A stretch of 64,000 nucleotides of DNA from Heterodontus francisci. Lineage: Eukaryota. Where the stretch lies: contig NW_027140453.1 in NCBI RefSeq assembly GCF_036365525.1, positions 1,116,001 to 1,180,000 on the forward strand, written 5' to 3'. This document shows positions 13,150 to 26,368 of the stretch, piece by piece (the stretch's first letter is position 1; every line of letters begins with the position of its first letter). The position numbers and the translations under genes were made by a program. The notes beneath the pieces were generated by a model. The model did not search any database. It saw nothing but the letters and a program-made list of their open reading frames with translations, and had not been told where the DNA came from.

Positions 13150-13735
13150 GAATCATAATGCAGCACACAGGGGGGCCATTCCGCCCATCGAGTCCATGCC
13201 AGCTCTCTGTCTGGCAATCCAATCAGTCCCACTCCCTCGCTCTATCCCTGTGGCCCTGCAAGTTAATTTGCCTCAAGTGTCCATCCAATTTCCTTCTGAA
13301 ATCATTCATTGTCTCCGCTTCCACCACCCTTGTAGGCAGCGAGTTCCAGGTCATTACCACACGTGGCATAAAAGTGTCCCTCCTCACATCCCCCTGCATC
13401 TTTTGCACAGCACCAGAAATCTGTCTCTTCTGGTCCTTGCACCAACAACTAATAGGTGACGCATTTCTTTGTCTACCTTATCTAAATCCGTCATAATCTT
13501 GTACGCTGCCATCAAATCTCCCCTCAATCTCCTTTGTTCCAAGCAGAACAATCCCAGCTTCTCCAACCTAACCTTGTAGCTAAAATCCTTCATCCCTGGA
13601 ACCATTCTGTTAAATATCCTCTGAACCCTTTCAAGGACACTCACAACCTTCCTCAAATGTGGTGATCAGAAGTGGCTGCAAAACTCTAGTTGTTTCCGAA
13701 CCAGAGCTTTAGAAATGTTCCCCATAACTTCCCTG
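13150..13735 (-). mobile_element. CR1-like LINE 3' fragment
   Basis: ORF remnants LERVQRIFNRMVPGM..RLEKLGLFCLEQRRLRGDL; another - strand copy at ~7780-8320. Confidence 0.85.
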
Positions 13736-13978
13736 ATAGGAAAGGGCTCTAGATAATGGGACAAGGTGAGTGATAGCCTGGTTATTGAGAACAGGCTGGC
13801 CCAGAGTTCAGGGTAACACTTTTCAGATAGACAGGAGAACCTCTTTCATAGTGAGACAGACTTGTACTTCACTCAATGACTAAGAGGTTGAGATGATCAG
13901 TTTCTGCCACTTTGGGTTAAAATGTACAAAAGCAGGTCGAGGTTGCAAACTGATTCTACGTTTTATGACTGATCGGTG

Positions 13979-14031
13979 TTCGGGAAACAGAGAGGTTTAT
14001 TCTGGAGTTGGCACAAAATTAACTGCTCTGG
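13979..14031 (+). pseudogene. TRBJ: Donor-less J-like segment (J-13), SGNREVYSGVGTKLTAL, 93 nt upstream of Cβ exon 1
   Basis: J-like SG...GxGTKLT; preceded by ...gtg (degenerate heptamer atcggtg); g|ct where g|gt is expected. Confidence 0.75.
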
Positions 14032-14124
14032 CTAGAATTGAAAGGTTGATATTGTTTGGTGGTTTAAAATTCTCAAGACGGGTTTCATACTCATCCATAT
14101 TCTCTCCATTTACTTTTCCTGCAG

Positions 14125-14475
14125 GCGAAAACGATACGATTAGGCCTGCCAAAGTTACTGTCTTTGAGCCCTCTCCCGAAGAGATTAGAGAAAAGAAAAA
14201 AGCCACTGTGGTCTGCCTCGTAAGCGACTTCTACCCCGACAACATCAAGATCCACTGGCTTGTCGATGGCAAGGAGAAAGATGCCAATGACACGAACATT
14301 CACACTGATCTCAATGCCATCCTATCAAAAGAAAATACATCTTACAGCATCAGCAGCCGGCTGAGATTCGACGCCCTAGATTGGGCTCGGTCCAAGAACG
14401 TTGAGTGCAGAGTAGATCTCTACACTAACGAATCAGTGCCTACAACAAGCAGTTCAACATTAGCTGTCAAAGCAG
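14125..14475 (+). CDS. TRBC: TCRβ constant region exon 1 (Ig C1 domain)
   Basis: cctgcag| acceptor; VTVFEPSPEEI..KATVVCLVSDFYPD..W..YSISSRLR..W..C; |gtaag donor. Confidence 0.97.
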
Positions 14476-14795
14476 GTAAGCACACTAGTGAGACCAATAC
14501 CATTTTATTTCAGCTTCAAAGAAATCAGAAAGTTGCATTTATATAGTACCTGTGCTCTTATGAAAGTACGAATAAGCAAGTAGATGTATCAGTAAGTCAA
14601 TAAATAATTAAATAATTCATGAAATAGAACAATATTGTAGTGCAAAGGGGAAGATATGGTTAAACACTCAATTAAAATGACTCTCAATATATTAGAGTAC
14701 AGTGCGGGACTCAATTGTGATAATCTACATTTACACAGTGATTTCATAAAATATTCTGATGCTGAATGTTTATTGATTTTTCTTTCTTTTCCCAG

Positions 14796-14816
14796 AAATG
14801 TGCGGTATAAGTAAAG
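14796..14816 (+). CDS. TRBC: TRBC exon 2 (connecting peptide, (E)MCGISK, interchain Cys)
   Basis: Polypyrimidine tract and cccag acceptor; 21-nt phase 1-1 exon; g|gtgaat donor. Confidence 0.9.
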
Positions 14817-14844
14817 GTGAATATCTATCTGCTTCTATCTGTAT

Positions 14845-15378
14845 CTGGTCTCCACACTTTGTAAAGGAGGTGAAGGTCCTTGAGAGGGTGCAGAGGAGAT
14901 TTACCACAATGGTTCCAGAGATGAGGAATTTTAGCTACAAAGTTACATTGGAGAACCTGGGTTGTTCTCCTTGGAGGAAAGGAGATTGAGGGGCTATTTG
15001 ACAGAGTTGTACAAGATTATGACAGGTTTACAATAGGTAGACAAAGAAAAGTTGTCCCCATGAGTTGCTGGCATAAGGACTGTGGGGGGGGGGTCACAGT
15101 TTTCAGGCTTTGGGAAAAAGATGCACTGGGGGGGGATGTGAGGCAGAAGTGTTTTATGCAGCGAGTGGTAATGACCTGGAAGTCACTGTCTACGAGGGTG
15201 GTGGAAATGGCGATAATGAATGATTTCATAAGGAAACTGGACGGACTGTTGAGGGTAATTAACTTGCAGGGCAATGGAGATGGAAGGGGAGAGCTGGACT
15301 GATTGGATTGCTCTGTAGAGATCCTGCATGGACTCGATGGGCCGAATGACCTCTTTCCGTGCTGTAATGACTCCATGA
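14845..15378 (+). mobile_element. CR1-like LINE fragment in TRBC intron 2
   Basis: WSPHFVKEVKVLERVQRRFTTMVP remnant and CR1 tail. Confidence 0.8.
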
Positions 15379-16182
15379 CTCAAAAAATATTCACCAATAA
15401 TTCTGGAATTATTACTGTGTCAGACATTTCATGTATATACTCATTTCAACATTTCCAAGCTGTAGTTTTACAGTTATACATACTATCATGCACAACGAGT
15501 TTATGAGAAAACTCCTCTGGGAGGGAAAGGCCGTTGGAATTTCGAGACCAGCCTAGTCGAATGATATAACCTCACGGTCCTCTTGGGTTCACGACCTCAG
15601 GGAAATATGTTGCCCTGTGATGAGGGAGAGGGGACGCCTGGGGATGGGAGGGGAGGGAGCTGTGTACACCTGTCTTAAAACGTACAATTCCTTGGGAGTT
15701 GATAGTGTGAATCTGGCGTGGAGATAAGAGGGACAGTTCCACTTCCCAGAGGTTAAATTAGTTTAACACATCATCTCAAAGAAGGTTCCTCCAAAGTTGC
15801 AGTGCAGCACACACGCTGTCTGCTGGCACTGGGAGAGTCAGTCTGGATTATGGGGTTCATGTCTTTGGACTGGGGCATGAACCCACAATCGTACGACTCA
15901 GACAGGAGAGCGTTACCCACTCAGCTAGAGCTGATACATACGTGAGCCATAGCTGACACATAAGTTACAGCGGCCCCAATTCAGATCGGCCATATTGCTG
16001 AACTCCATTTGTAGTAAGGAATACCCCAGGGCTCCTTGCGTCAAAGGGAGATCAGTTCTGCTTTCGCAGCTCGACCCTTACATTGGGCTCCTTCACTGAC
16101 ACACATTACATTTTCACGCAGTAGCATTTCTTGCCTTGAGAGAACAGAGATTGCAACATTTCCTGTTACATTTATTTTACAG

Positions 16183-16289
16183 AGGCGAAAATCCAAAGCA
16201 TGGCAACAGCAAAACTGACATACCTGATCCTCATCTGCAAAAGCATCTTTTATGCAATTTTCATCTCAACAATTGCTTGGAAAACTAAG
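16183..16289 (+). CDS. TRBC: TRBC exon 3 (transmembrane) EAKIQSMATAKLTYLILICKSIFYAIFISTIAWKTK
   Basis: ttttacag acceptor; CART-type TY....L..K...Y with intramembrane Lys; |gtaaga donor. Confidence 0.95.
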
Positions 16290-17234
16290 GTAAGATTAAA
16301 ATTACTGAAGTTCTTAACATAGGTATTGTCATGGTGAAACTGGGTAAAGAAGTTTCTCCTGAATTCCAGACTGAAATTACGAGTGACTATCCGATATTCA
16401 CGAGCCCTAGTTTTGCATTCCTATTGCACGCAGATGGAATACACCAATTCACTTTCCATTCATTCCTGCGCCCACAACACTAACCAACCAATTTAATCCA
16501 TTTGAACACAATTGTCAATGTTCTGGAATTTCCCTTGGAAAATAATTGAACTTATTGTAACTTTACAAGACTTTATATGCAAGGTTAGGAATGCATGAGC
16601 AGGAAAGAGCATGTGCATGGTTCGTCTCGATTATTCATGCACATGATGATCTGGTCAGGACAGTGATGTCGAGTCATTGGAGAGGGTGAAGGGGCGATTT
16701 ACTTGAACGGTAACAGTGTTGAGGGACCTCAGTGATGTGAGGAGAATACGGAAGTTGGGATTGTTCTCCTTGGATCAGGGAAGGTTAAGGAGAGATTTAA
16801 TAGAGGTGTGCACAATGATGAAGGGTTTGGATAGGACAGCGAATGGGGTAACAGCTTCAAAGAGGCAGCAGGATTGCCCAACCAAGGACACAGCTGTAAG
16901 GTGATTAGCCAAGGGAGCAGAGGGGCAGGTGAGAAATATATTTTGAGCCAGCGAGTTGTTGTGGTTGAGAATGCACTGGCTGAAAGGGCGGTGGAAGCTG
17001 ATTCAGTAGTAACTTTCAAGAGGGAATTGGATGAATACTTGTTTGAGGGGGTGGAGGTAGTGGGGGAGGGAATAGTCTCAGGGCTATAGGGGAAAGAACT
17101 GTGAAATGGGACTAATTGGACAGCTCTTTCAAAATGCCAGTATAGGCACGCGGGACGAATGGCCTCCTTCTGTTCTGTATCAGTCCATAATTCCATGACG
17201 ATAATAACTCCCTCTTTTTTTTATCATATACCAG

Positions 17235-17261
17235 ACGTCTTACAGCAAAAGGTTTGACTGA
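17235..17261 (+). CDS. TRBC: TRBC exon 4 (cytoplasmic tail TSYSKRFD*)
   Basis: T-rich tract and ccag acceptor; phase 0; short tail ending in TGA; candidate poly(A) signals attaaa 17510 and aataaa 18036. Confidence 0.85.
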   Translation, partial: TSYSKRFD

Positions 17262-20200
17262 TCGTCGCAAATTAATGAACTCAAAAGATGGATAAGCAGC
17301 AGAACACACGAGGGAGCAAGGGGAGAGAAAATACGATTATTGTGAATATCTCGGGGGTGAATTTCGTCTAAACCACTCCCGCTGTACTCGCGTAACTTTG
17401 GCGGACAACCCTAAATACCCATCACCACTGCGGGAAACGAACAGAGGAAATTTTAAGCCCCAGTCTGTCTTTTCCACTCGAATAAGTCCTTTCATATTCT
17501 CGTCAATGTATTAAATTCCTGTTGTCTCAGTAGGTGAAGCTTTGAGAAACGTGCAAACTTTTTTTCCAGTTTATTTTGTCTGTTTATTAATTGTTAGTCT
17601 GTGTTGTTTGAAACGTTATAAAGAAACATACAACCTTACAGGACGAAAGGAGGCCACTTGGCCCATCGTGCAAGTGCTAGCTCTTTGAAAAAGCCAGTTG
17701 TTAATGCCAAGGCGATCAATTCCAGCTTTGCTGATCTCTCCATGAAACTTAAGTCCCTCATTCCGTGCAATTCTAGTAAAGCTGTGTATAATATTAAGCA
17801 GTAGTAAACAAATTGTAACTTCAAGTTCTGTTTAGTGCAACTATTAATGTCTTTTTTCCCTTTTCTGTTAATGCAAAAATGTTATTACTATTTGTATCAG
17901 ACACCTCATCGATTGCAGATGGAAAATGCGCTCATAATTGTCCATTATTTGTCGTGGGGTTCTCAGTGGATCCAGTATCGACAGCTCGCTTGTGATCTTC
18001 TATATTTTTTTTCTTTTCTTGTTCACTGGTTAAGAAATAAATAGAATATTTCGACAAAGAAAACCGTTTCTCTCCACTATTATTTCAGTTTTACCCCACG
18101 CGCTTGGCACAACATTTCCAAACAACATTAAAATATGCAGGTAGACATTAGATTAATTTTATTGGGTAACGGGATCAAGGGATATTGAGCAAAGATGGGG
18201 AAATAGGGTTGGTGTGCAGATCTTCCATGATCTAATTGAATGGCGGAACATGTGCCGGGGTTTAATGGACTCCTCACACTATGCCTATGTAATAGGCTCG
18301 AGGGGCTGAATTGGACTCCTCCTGTTGCAATGCAACAGGCTCTCCTGGTTTGAATGACCTCCTCCACCCAATTCTATGCAACAGGCGTGAGAGGGCAGAA
18401 TCGCTTCCTCGCTCTACGTGGCAGCTTCGAGTGGGCTAAATAGTCTCCTGTTTCCCTGTTGCTATGTGTAACCCATCCCTGACAGCCACTGAGAAGGTGT
18501 CGATGAACTACTTTCCTGAATACAAATGAATGTCTTTCTAGGCCATTTCAGAGAGCGGTTATGAGTCAACCACATTGCTGTGGGTCTGGAGTTGCATGTA
18601 GGCCAGGCCGGGTAACGGCTGCAGATTTCCACCCCAAAAGAACATGAGTTAACCAGATGGAGTTTGATACAAATCTCTCGCAGTTTCAAGGTCGCCATTG
18701 CTGATGTTAGCTATTTATTGCACATTTTGAGCTAATTAGCTGATTTGAAATTCCCCAGCGACCATGATGGGATTTGAACTCATATCTTGGGATTATGAGC
18801 CCAGCCCATTCCTACCACAATGCTGTCCTTCCAAGCAATTTCACCGATGAGTGCTTTACCAGACTGTTCTAGATTTGGGCAATTTCATCCCCGGCTTTGG
18901 CACCCAGGACGCTGCACCCCTCCTTTGTAAATGGTTTGCTCTGAGCGGGCAATGGCGCTCACAGTCGCCAAGGGATTGTCCACGTGGGAGATGGGTAATG
19001 ACAGGTGGTTGCTGTCTCCCTTCTGCCCTATGGGGTTACTGAGCGATACTGTTGGGGAGGGATCGAGCCAGTCACCTCTGTGTTTAACTGCACCAGACCC
19101 AGGCTGTGTTCAAAGAAACCTAGGAACAAGAGGGGGGCCATTTTGATCCTCGCATCTGTTCTGCCATTCAGTGAGACCTTGTCTGAACTGCACCCCAGCT
19201 CCATAGAGATTTCAGCACAGAAACAGACCATTCAGCCCGTCTGGTCCATGCCAGTGTTTCAGCTCCACATGAGCCTCCTCCCACCCACGCTTCATCTCAC
19301 CCCAGCACATCTCCTTCCATTCCGTTCTCTTTCAAGTGCTTTCCCAACTTCCCCTTAAAGGCATCGATGCTATTCTTCTTAAAGTGGTAGCGAGTTCCAC
19401 GTTCCCACCACTCTCTGGGTAAAGAAGTCTCTCCTGATTGGATTCAATAGTGATGTGTCTTATATTTATGGCCCCATCTCCCCTATCAAACCCCTTCGTA
19501 AGCCTAAAGACGTCTATCAGGTCACCCCTCAGCTTTCTTCATTCAACAGAAAAGTGTCCCAGCCTGTTCATTCTTTCCTGATGGCTAACAGTGCACACTG
19601 ACCTGCATCTCAGGAATATGAACCCATTCTCACTGGCTACAGACATTGAAAGATACCTTCATTATCAGGCTGATTGATGTACGTAGATATCGAGTCAATC
19701 TTTAAACCAGCTTTAGAAGGCTACAAGCGTTGCATTTTTGGTAATCGGAAACTCTTTTTTGTCAGTTCTATCTACCCACGATTCTAGCTCCTGGTCTCTC
19801 TATCTCACCAGTTCTCTGTCTCTATACGTCCCCTGCCTTTCTCTATGCCCTGCATCTTTCTCTCCTTTTCTATTCCCCACTATCATTCTCCCTCTCTCTT
19901 TCTATTTTTCTCTCCCTGTATCTTTCATTTATCCCTTCTTTCTCTCTGTATCTCTTATACAGCCATTCCCCTACCTCTTTTCCTTTCTATCTCATTTCTT
20001 CCTCTTTCTGTGCGCTGCCTGCTTAATTCCCCATCACTCACCATGTTTGTCTCTCTCTCTCCCCTCCCCCTCTCTCTCTATCACCTCGCTTACCGTTTTC
20101 CAAGTTGCTGACTCCTCAGTATTTTTCATTGTCTGCCTTTCTGTCTCTCTGTAACCCTCTCTCTCTCTCTCTCGCTGCCTGTCTTTCTCTCCATATTCTA

Positions 20201-20779
20201 TCCTGTCTGTCTATTTGTCTCTCTCCATCCCTTCCCCTCTCTTTCCCTCTGTCTTTCTCTCTCTCCATCGCTTCCCTTCTCTTTCCCTCTGTCTTTCTCT
20301 CTCTCCATCCCTTCCCCTCTCTTTCCCTCTGTCTTTCTCTCTCTCCATATCTTGCCCCCTCTGTTTGTTTATCTCTCTCTCTCGCTCCCTTGCCCCCTCT
20401 TCCCCTCACCCTCTCTCTCTCTTTGTCTCTCTCCCCAGCTCTCCCTAGCTCTTTCTCTCACACACACAATCTGGTCTCGAATCACATCCCTTCCCCTTTT
20501 TTCCCAGTACTTGCTCACTCCCCGTTCCAATTCTCCATATATAAAAAAAACAACCCTAAATGCAAAATTTCAGCAGTAACACTGGAAAATATCAATGAGA
20601 CAGAGCAGAGTCGGCCAAACGTTCACTGAAATCTTACATACTGTATGGGGGTAAAGATTTGGCTTGTTAAAGTGATTGTCTGCTTGAGTGAACCGGAGCG
20701 ATAATGAGCTGTGACTTTAAAATTCGGTTACAGTGTCATTTCCTCCGGAAAATATTAACTCAAAACAAGACTGGAGCTG

Positions 20780-21120
20780 GAAAATAACATTGTGCAGCTG
20801 CACGGAAAGATATCAAACGGAGGCCGTGGGATGTGAACTTTCAAATGGTGCAGCTCAGCTTTCTGCATGCAGGCGCGCTGCACGGTTTGTAAAGTAGGTC
20901 ATTGCGCCCGAGTTTCACCCTGTGGTTTAACGGAAAGTGCCACCTGTTATTGTTGCTGTGCTCTCCGCTCAGAGGCTGGCAGATTGAGCCCATGTTTGTC
21001 TCATTTCCTACTGGGTGAGACGCTGTCTCTGGGCCCCGTGCACCTGCCCCCTCCATGCAGAGGAAATGTGGCTGCTGGGTCAGTGCAGCAAAGTCTGTGA
21101 TGCCTATTGCAGCTGAATTT
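20780..21120. promoter_or_regulatory. Candidate TCRβ 3' enhancer (Eβ-like)
   Basis: Unique island between simple repeats with TGTGGTT (RUNX, 20921), overlapping TAACGG (MYB) and CGGAA (ETS), E-boxes at 20795/20941/21041/21110, and AGGAAATGTGGC (ETS-RUNX, 21061). Confidence 0.5.
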
Positions 21121-21729
21121 CCTTCTTCAGCATTTTTATATCATTCATTTAGTTATGCTTTCAGTCTTCAGTTCCTTATTTTAATTATCTTTCTTCCTCC
21201 CCATCACTCTTTTATCCTTTCTTTAATTCTTCTCTTCCATCAATTTTTTTATTTCATCCAATCAAACTTTCTGTTATTGTATCGACCAATTTTCTATCTT
21301 TTGTCATTCCTTTCAATCTACTCCTCTCCTTCATTGTTTATCTTTCTTTCTCTCTATCTCTCTTCCTCTCTGTCTTTCTTTCTTGTTCTGATTTCTTCTC
21401 TCCATTTTCTTTCCCTTCTCTTTTTCTTTCTCTACTTTCTCATTCCTTCCCGCCCCCTTTTTCCTAAACTCTTCTCCTTCCTTGGATTTCTCTTGCAGTT
21501 CTTCTCTCTTTTCTCGTCACGTTCTTTCAATCTCTTTTTTCCCCCTTTTTCACCCAAACAAACTTTCTTTTTTCCTGCCCCCTGTCCTTCCTCCATCCTG
21601 TCTTTCTCACTTGAGCTCAGGATGATGGAATTGGATGAAATGTTGATCTCTGCTGCCACCTGCTGTCTGTGATCTTATATGCAGGTCCTGTCAATGAGAG
21701 TCCAATGTCAATCTGGTGTACAGAAAAAT

Positions 21730-22600
21730 AGATAGATAGATGGATAGACGGATAGAGAGTTAGATGGATAGATAGACAAGGATTGACTGATAGATAGAAA
21801 GGGATTGATAGATAGATATAAATATAGAAAGCTATTGATAGATATAAAGAGAGTTGTATGGAGACATCAATTGATAAAGTGGTAGATAGATAGATACTAA
21901 TAGAGAGATAGGGCGTTAGATAGAAAGATCGATCTCTAGAGACATATATAGGCATATCATATCAGATCATGTAGACCTATATAGACATATAGGAGATATA
22001 GATGGACAGAAAAGTCAATAGATAGAGATATCAATAGATAGAGAGGGAGATACAGGGAGAGAAATCGAGATGAAGAGATAGATGGATATAACGAAATAGA
22101 TGGATAGAGGTATCAATAGATAGACAGAGTGTTGGGTAAATAGTTAGTTAAAGAAAGTTATGAATAAATGGATAGATGAACTGTTGGAATAAATGGATAG
22201 GTCGATAGTTGGATATAAAGAAAGAAAGTGATGGATGGAGAGAGCAATAGATAGATAGAGTGATATGTGGGTAGATAATGATAGAGAACTAAATAGAAAG
22301 ATCGAGCAATGCAGGTATAGATATATATATAGGCATATAAGATAGATAGAGATACAGTTGGATAAAGGGATCAATAGATAGAGAAATAGATAGACAGATT
22401 GATAGAGAGATGGCTAGACAGATAGATAAATAACTGGATAGAGAGAGTGAAAGAAATGAATTGGGAGTTCTACAGGTGGTTTAGAGAATAGATAGACAGA
22501 GGGATCAACAGATAGATTTGTAGATAAATATTGATGGATAAAGATTCTATATAGAGAGTGAAATAGGTAGACAGACAGATAATTAGATAGCCATAGACAG
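21730..22600. repeat. Degenerate (GATA)n repeat
   Basis: Direct inspection; similar tracts at ~54300-54450 and ~57870-58040. Confidence 0.9.
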
Positions 22601-23779
22601 NNNNNNNNNNNNNNNNNNNNNNNNNNNNNNNNNNNNNNNNNNNNNNNNNNNNNNNNNNNNNNNNNNNNNNNNNNNNNNNNNNNNNNNNNNNNNNNNNNNN
22701 NNNNNNNNNNNNNNNNNNNNNNNNNNNNNNNNNNNNNNNNNNNNNTTCTGATAATGAACAGAGGTGTGATGAAAAACAATACCGTGATGTGGGGGTAAAT
22801 GCTACTCTGGCACATGCATTTATTGTTTAACTGCTTGTCTTAAAGATGAAGTGTTGTTCTTCTAAAGGAATCACTACCACACCATTCGTGCAAAATTTTA
22901 TTGACCTTACAAACACTAATCTACACACAGGAAACAGATTTCCACGCCCCTTTGTGTGAAGAAATGCTTCCTGACATCACTCCTGAATAGCCTGGCTCGA
23001 TGTTTGGGTTTAAACCAACTTGTTCTGCCCCCGTGCCCCGCCCCCAACAACAGGATATAGTTTATCTCTATCTATTCTATCAACACATTCAGTCATTTTA
23101 AACACCTCAGTCAGATCACCGTTTAATCTTCTATACCTGAGGGAATAAAGAGTCAGCAATGTAAACATGTTGGGTGTTGCATTTCCTTCACACTTGATTG
23201 ACTGATCAAATATATTTTCAGATTCTCCAACCACAGGGAATCTATCATAGAATCAGAGACTGGTTACAGTACAGAAGAAGGCCATTTGGCCCATCGAGTC
23301 AATTCCAGCTCTCTGCAAGATCAACCCAGCTAGTGCAACTCCTCCTATCTCCCCTGTTAATTCAATTCGTCGCCCTAACTACCTGCAAATTCCTCTGTAC
23401 TGCTTTCTTTCCATGTTTTTTTGTGGAAAGACTTTTTCAGAACAACACAGCAGCAGAATCGAATTATACAGAGAGACACAGAGACAGGAAACACGCAGTC
23501 AGGATGTGCGGTTATCAGAGTGCAGCTGCAAACGTTTAAACAGCTTAAGAAAGAAAAACAGGCTGGTGAGTGGGTTTAACAGTGCGTGAATCACACGTAG
23601 AAACCCGCCCACATTTGTATTTTCCACTCCTAGGGCTGAGGCTCAAAAGAAGGTTGAAGTGTAAGGTCGCAAAGTGTTACGCTACTGGGCTAGTAATCTA
23701 AAGGCCTGGGCTAATAACTTGGTGACGTGAATTCGAATCCCAGCAAGGTGGATAATGTAAGTTCACTTAGTTAGATAAA

Positions 23780-24182
23780 CATTCACTCCCTCCACCACCG
23801 ACACACAGTGGCAGCAGTGTGTACCATCTACAAGATGCACTGTAGCAATGCACAAAGTCTCCTTAGACAGCACCTTCCAAACTCGCGACCTCTACCAACT
23901 AGAATGACAAGGGCAGCAGATGCATCGGGACACCACCACCTGCAAGCTCCCCTCCAAGTCACACACCATCCTGACTTGGAACTATATCGCCGTTCCTTCA
24001 CTGTCGCTGGGTCAAAATCCTGGAACTCCCTTCCTAACAGCACTGTGGATGTAACTACCACACATGGACTGCAGTGGTTCAAGAAGGCAGCTCACCACCA
24101 CCTTCTCAAGGGCAATTAGAGATGGGCAATAAATGCTGGCCTGGCCAGCGACGCCCACATCCTATGAACGAATTTAAAAAAT
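23780..24182 (+). mobile_element. Non-LTR retroelement 3' end
   Basis: SFTVAGSKSWNSLP...FKK..HHHLLKG remnant followed by an A-rich tail; family not assigned. Confidence 0.65.
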
Positions 24183-25349
24183 GATAAAAAGCTGGTCTCA
24201 GTCATGGTGAGCATGAAACTACTGGATTGCCTGAAAAACCCATCTCTCACTGAGAGTAGGAAATCTGTCATCTTTAACCGGCCTGGCCCAAAAGGTGACT
24301 CCATTCCTGCAACAATGTGGCTGACTCTGAAATGACTGGGCAAGCCAGTCGGTCAAACAAAAAGCTGTGCTGGGCACCCACCCAGCATCCCTTGTTAACA
24401 TTCCCTATTGACCCTCCATCCTAAACTCCTCCAAAATGCTGATGTGCCCGCCGTGTTATTTCCTCCCATCCTCAGGAGCCCCTTTCGACTCTGTTCCTGC
24501 TGTGTGTTTCTCATGTTGTTTTCAGCTCAGTATCTGTTTTGTATTTTCTCCTGCGAGCTGGCGAACTGCAATGCCTGGTGAAATGTTGTGTAAAGGTGCG
24601 AAAAGCAGAGTTAAAAACACAGCGTATCATTTCCACAGATCTTTTTATTAGCCTGCTTGATGTCACAAGAGAGAGAAGGGTGCATCATGAAGAAGCTCAA
24701 CTTAAAGAAATAAAGCTCAGTGTGCAAACGGGTCAAAGATGGACAGGAGACATCTCGACTAGTTAAAGTAGCTTAACCAGCTCAGCTAACCAGCTGACAA
24801 GTGGTTAAATGAATTGAATAGAAATTGAGACATAAATTTTAATTATGTTATAATCCAAATCCTCTAAAAGACCTAATGGGTTTTGCCAGTTGCCAAACTG
24901 TTATTAACCAATAGAAAATTACAACATATCAATGATAGGGATATGACCCAATAGCCTCCTCCTCCTTTCCTATATTTTTTCAGGATATGTTGTGACGAGT
25001 GCCCTGTTGCAGAGTTTTTGGCCCCGGCTTAGTTAATCGAAACTTTTCGTCAACTTTCCCGAAATCTGGAAGGGGAAAAAAAGGAAGGAAAAAGATTGAG
25101 TCAGTCATGGAATATTTCTTACACAATGCCCTGGGAAGGATTTCGAGTCAGTGGAAACACATTTCATGGCATTTAAAAAGATCCAGAGGAAAGGGTGAGT
25201 TTTTCTTAAACTCAGAGCGTTGCTGTCATCTGGAAAGCAATGCCGGAAAAAGTGGACAATTGGATTAAGACTTGAAAGAGTAAATTTTGCAAGGTGATGA
25301 GGAAAGGGTGGGGGAGTAGGGCTCTCTCTCTGTCTCCCTTAAACGCTCC

Positions 25350-25386
<37 letters not shown>

Positions 25387-26247
25387 GTCTCTCGCTTTCT
25401 TTCTTTTTGTCTATGTGTTCCTTTCTCTGTCTGTGTCTCTGTGTCACTCTGTCTCTCCGTTGTACTCTCCTCTCTCTCCCTCTCTCTTCCTGTCTCTCCC
25501 ACTATCACCGTCTCTCCTGCATGTTCTCTCTGTCTATTTCTCTCTCTTAGGTTCTCTCTCTGTCTGTTCCTGTCTCCCTCTCTCTGTGTCTCTGTGTCTG
25601 TCTGTCTTTCCCTTAAATGCTTCTCTCTCTCTCTCTTTCTCTTCCTCTCTCTGTCTGCCTCAATCTTCCTTTCTCACCCTGTCTCTCTTTCATTGCCCAA
25701 AACTGTTTCTTCTTAATGTATGTAATACAGACACACTCTCTCTCTGTTTATCCCTCGTATCTCAATTTCACTTTATTTCTGTCGAATTGCCTTTCTCTCT
25801 CATTTTATCTCCCCAGACTCTCTCTCTCTCTCTCTCTGTATCTGTCACTCTATGTTTATCCATCTCTCTCTCTTTTTATCTCTCACTCTCTCTCACACAC
25901 ACAACTTATCCTTAGCTATCCCTTTCTCTCACTGTCTCCAACTGTCTCAGCATTTCCCTCACTGGTTTTGTCACTCCAGCTCTTTGTCTCTCTTTCTGTA
26001 TATCTCTCTCTGTCTTTTTCTTTCTCGCTCTCTGTCCCTCCACCCCTCACACTCTCTCTATTACTCTATAGGTACATCTCTCTCATTCTCCTTCTCTATC
26101 GCTCATTCTGTCCTCATGTGAGAGGGTAGGGGCGATTCAGGACCCCTTGGTGCAGGATCTAGATGGATTGCAGTCGAGACAGTGGTGCTAATAGTGTGGT
26201 TTCACTGTCGATTCACATGCACAGTGACATGGACTGGGTTCAGTGAT

Positions 26248-26289
26248 TCACCCGATGTCTGGGGAATGTGCCTCACTGAGGCCTAAAAC
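26248..26289 (-). CDS. Candidate cytoplasmic exon of second Cβ-like gene (VLGLSEAHSPDIG*)
   Basis: First strong acceptor (tcctctccag) 79 nt after the TM-exon donor; phase 0; short ORF to TGA. Confidence 0.45.
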   Translation of the reverse strand, partial: VLGLSEAHSPDIG

Positions 26290-26368
26290 CTGGAGAGGAT
26301 TGAAGTTTACAGAATAGAGAAGTGGGTCCGTTTTACACTTCAGCAAAGTGTCCTGGTAATTCTCATAC

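Noticed and set aside
24610-24680. Alternative cytoplasmic exon for the second Cβ (ANKKICGNDTLCF*, - strand)
   Set aside because: Weaker acceptor and more distant than 26248-26289; cannot be excluded without cDNA.
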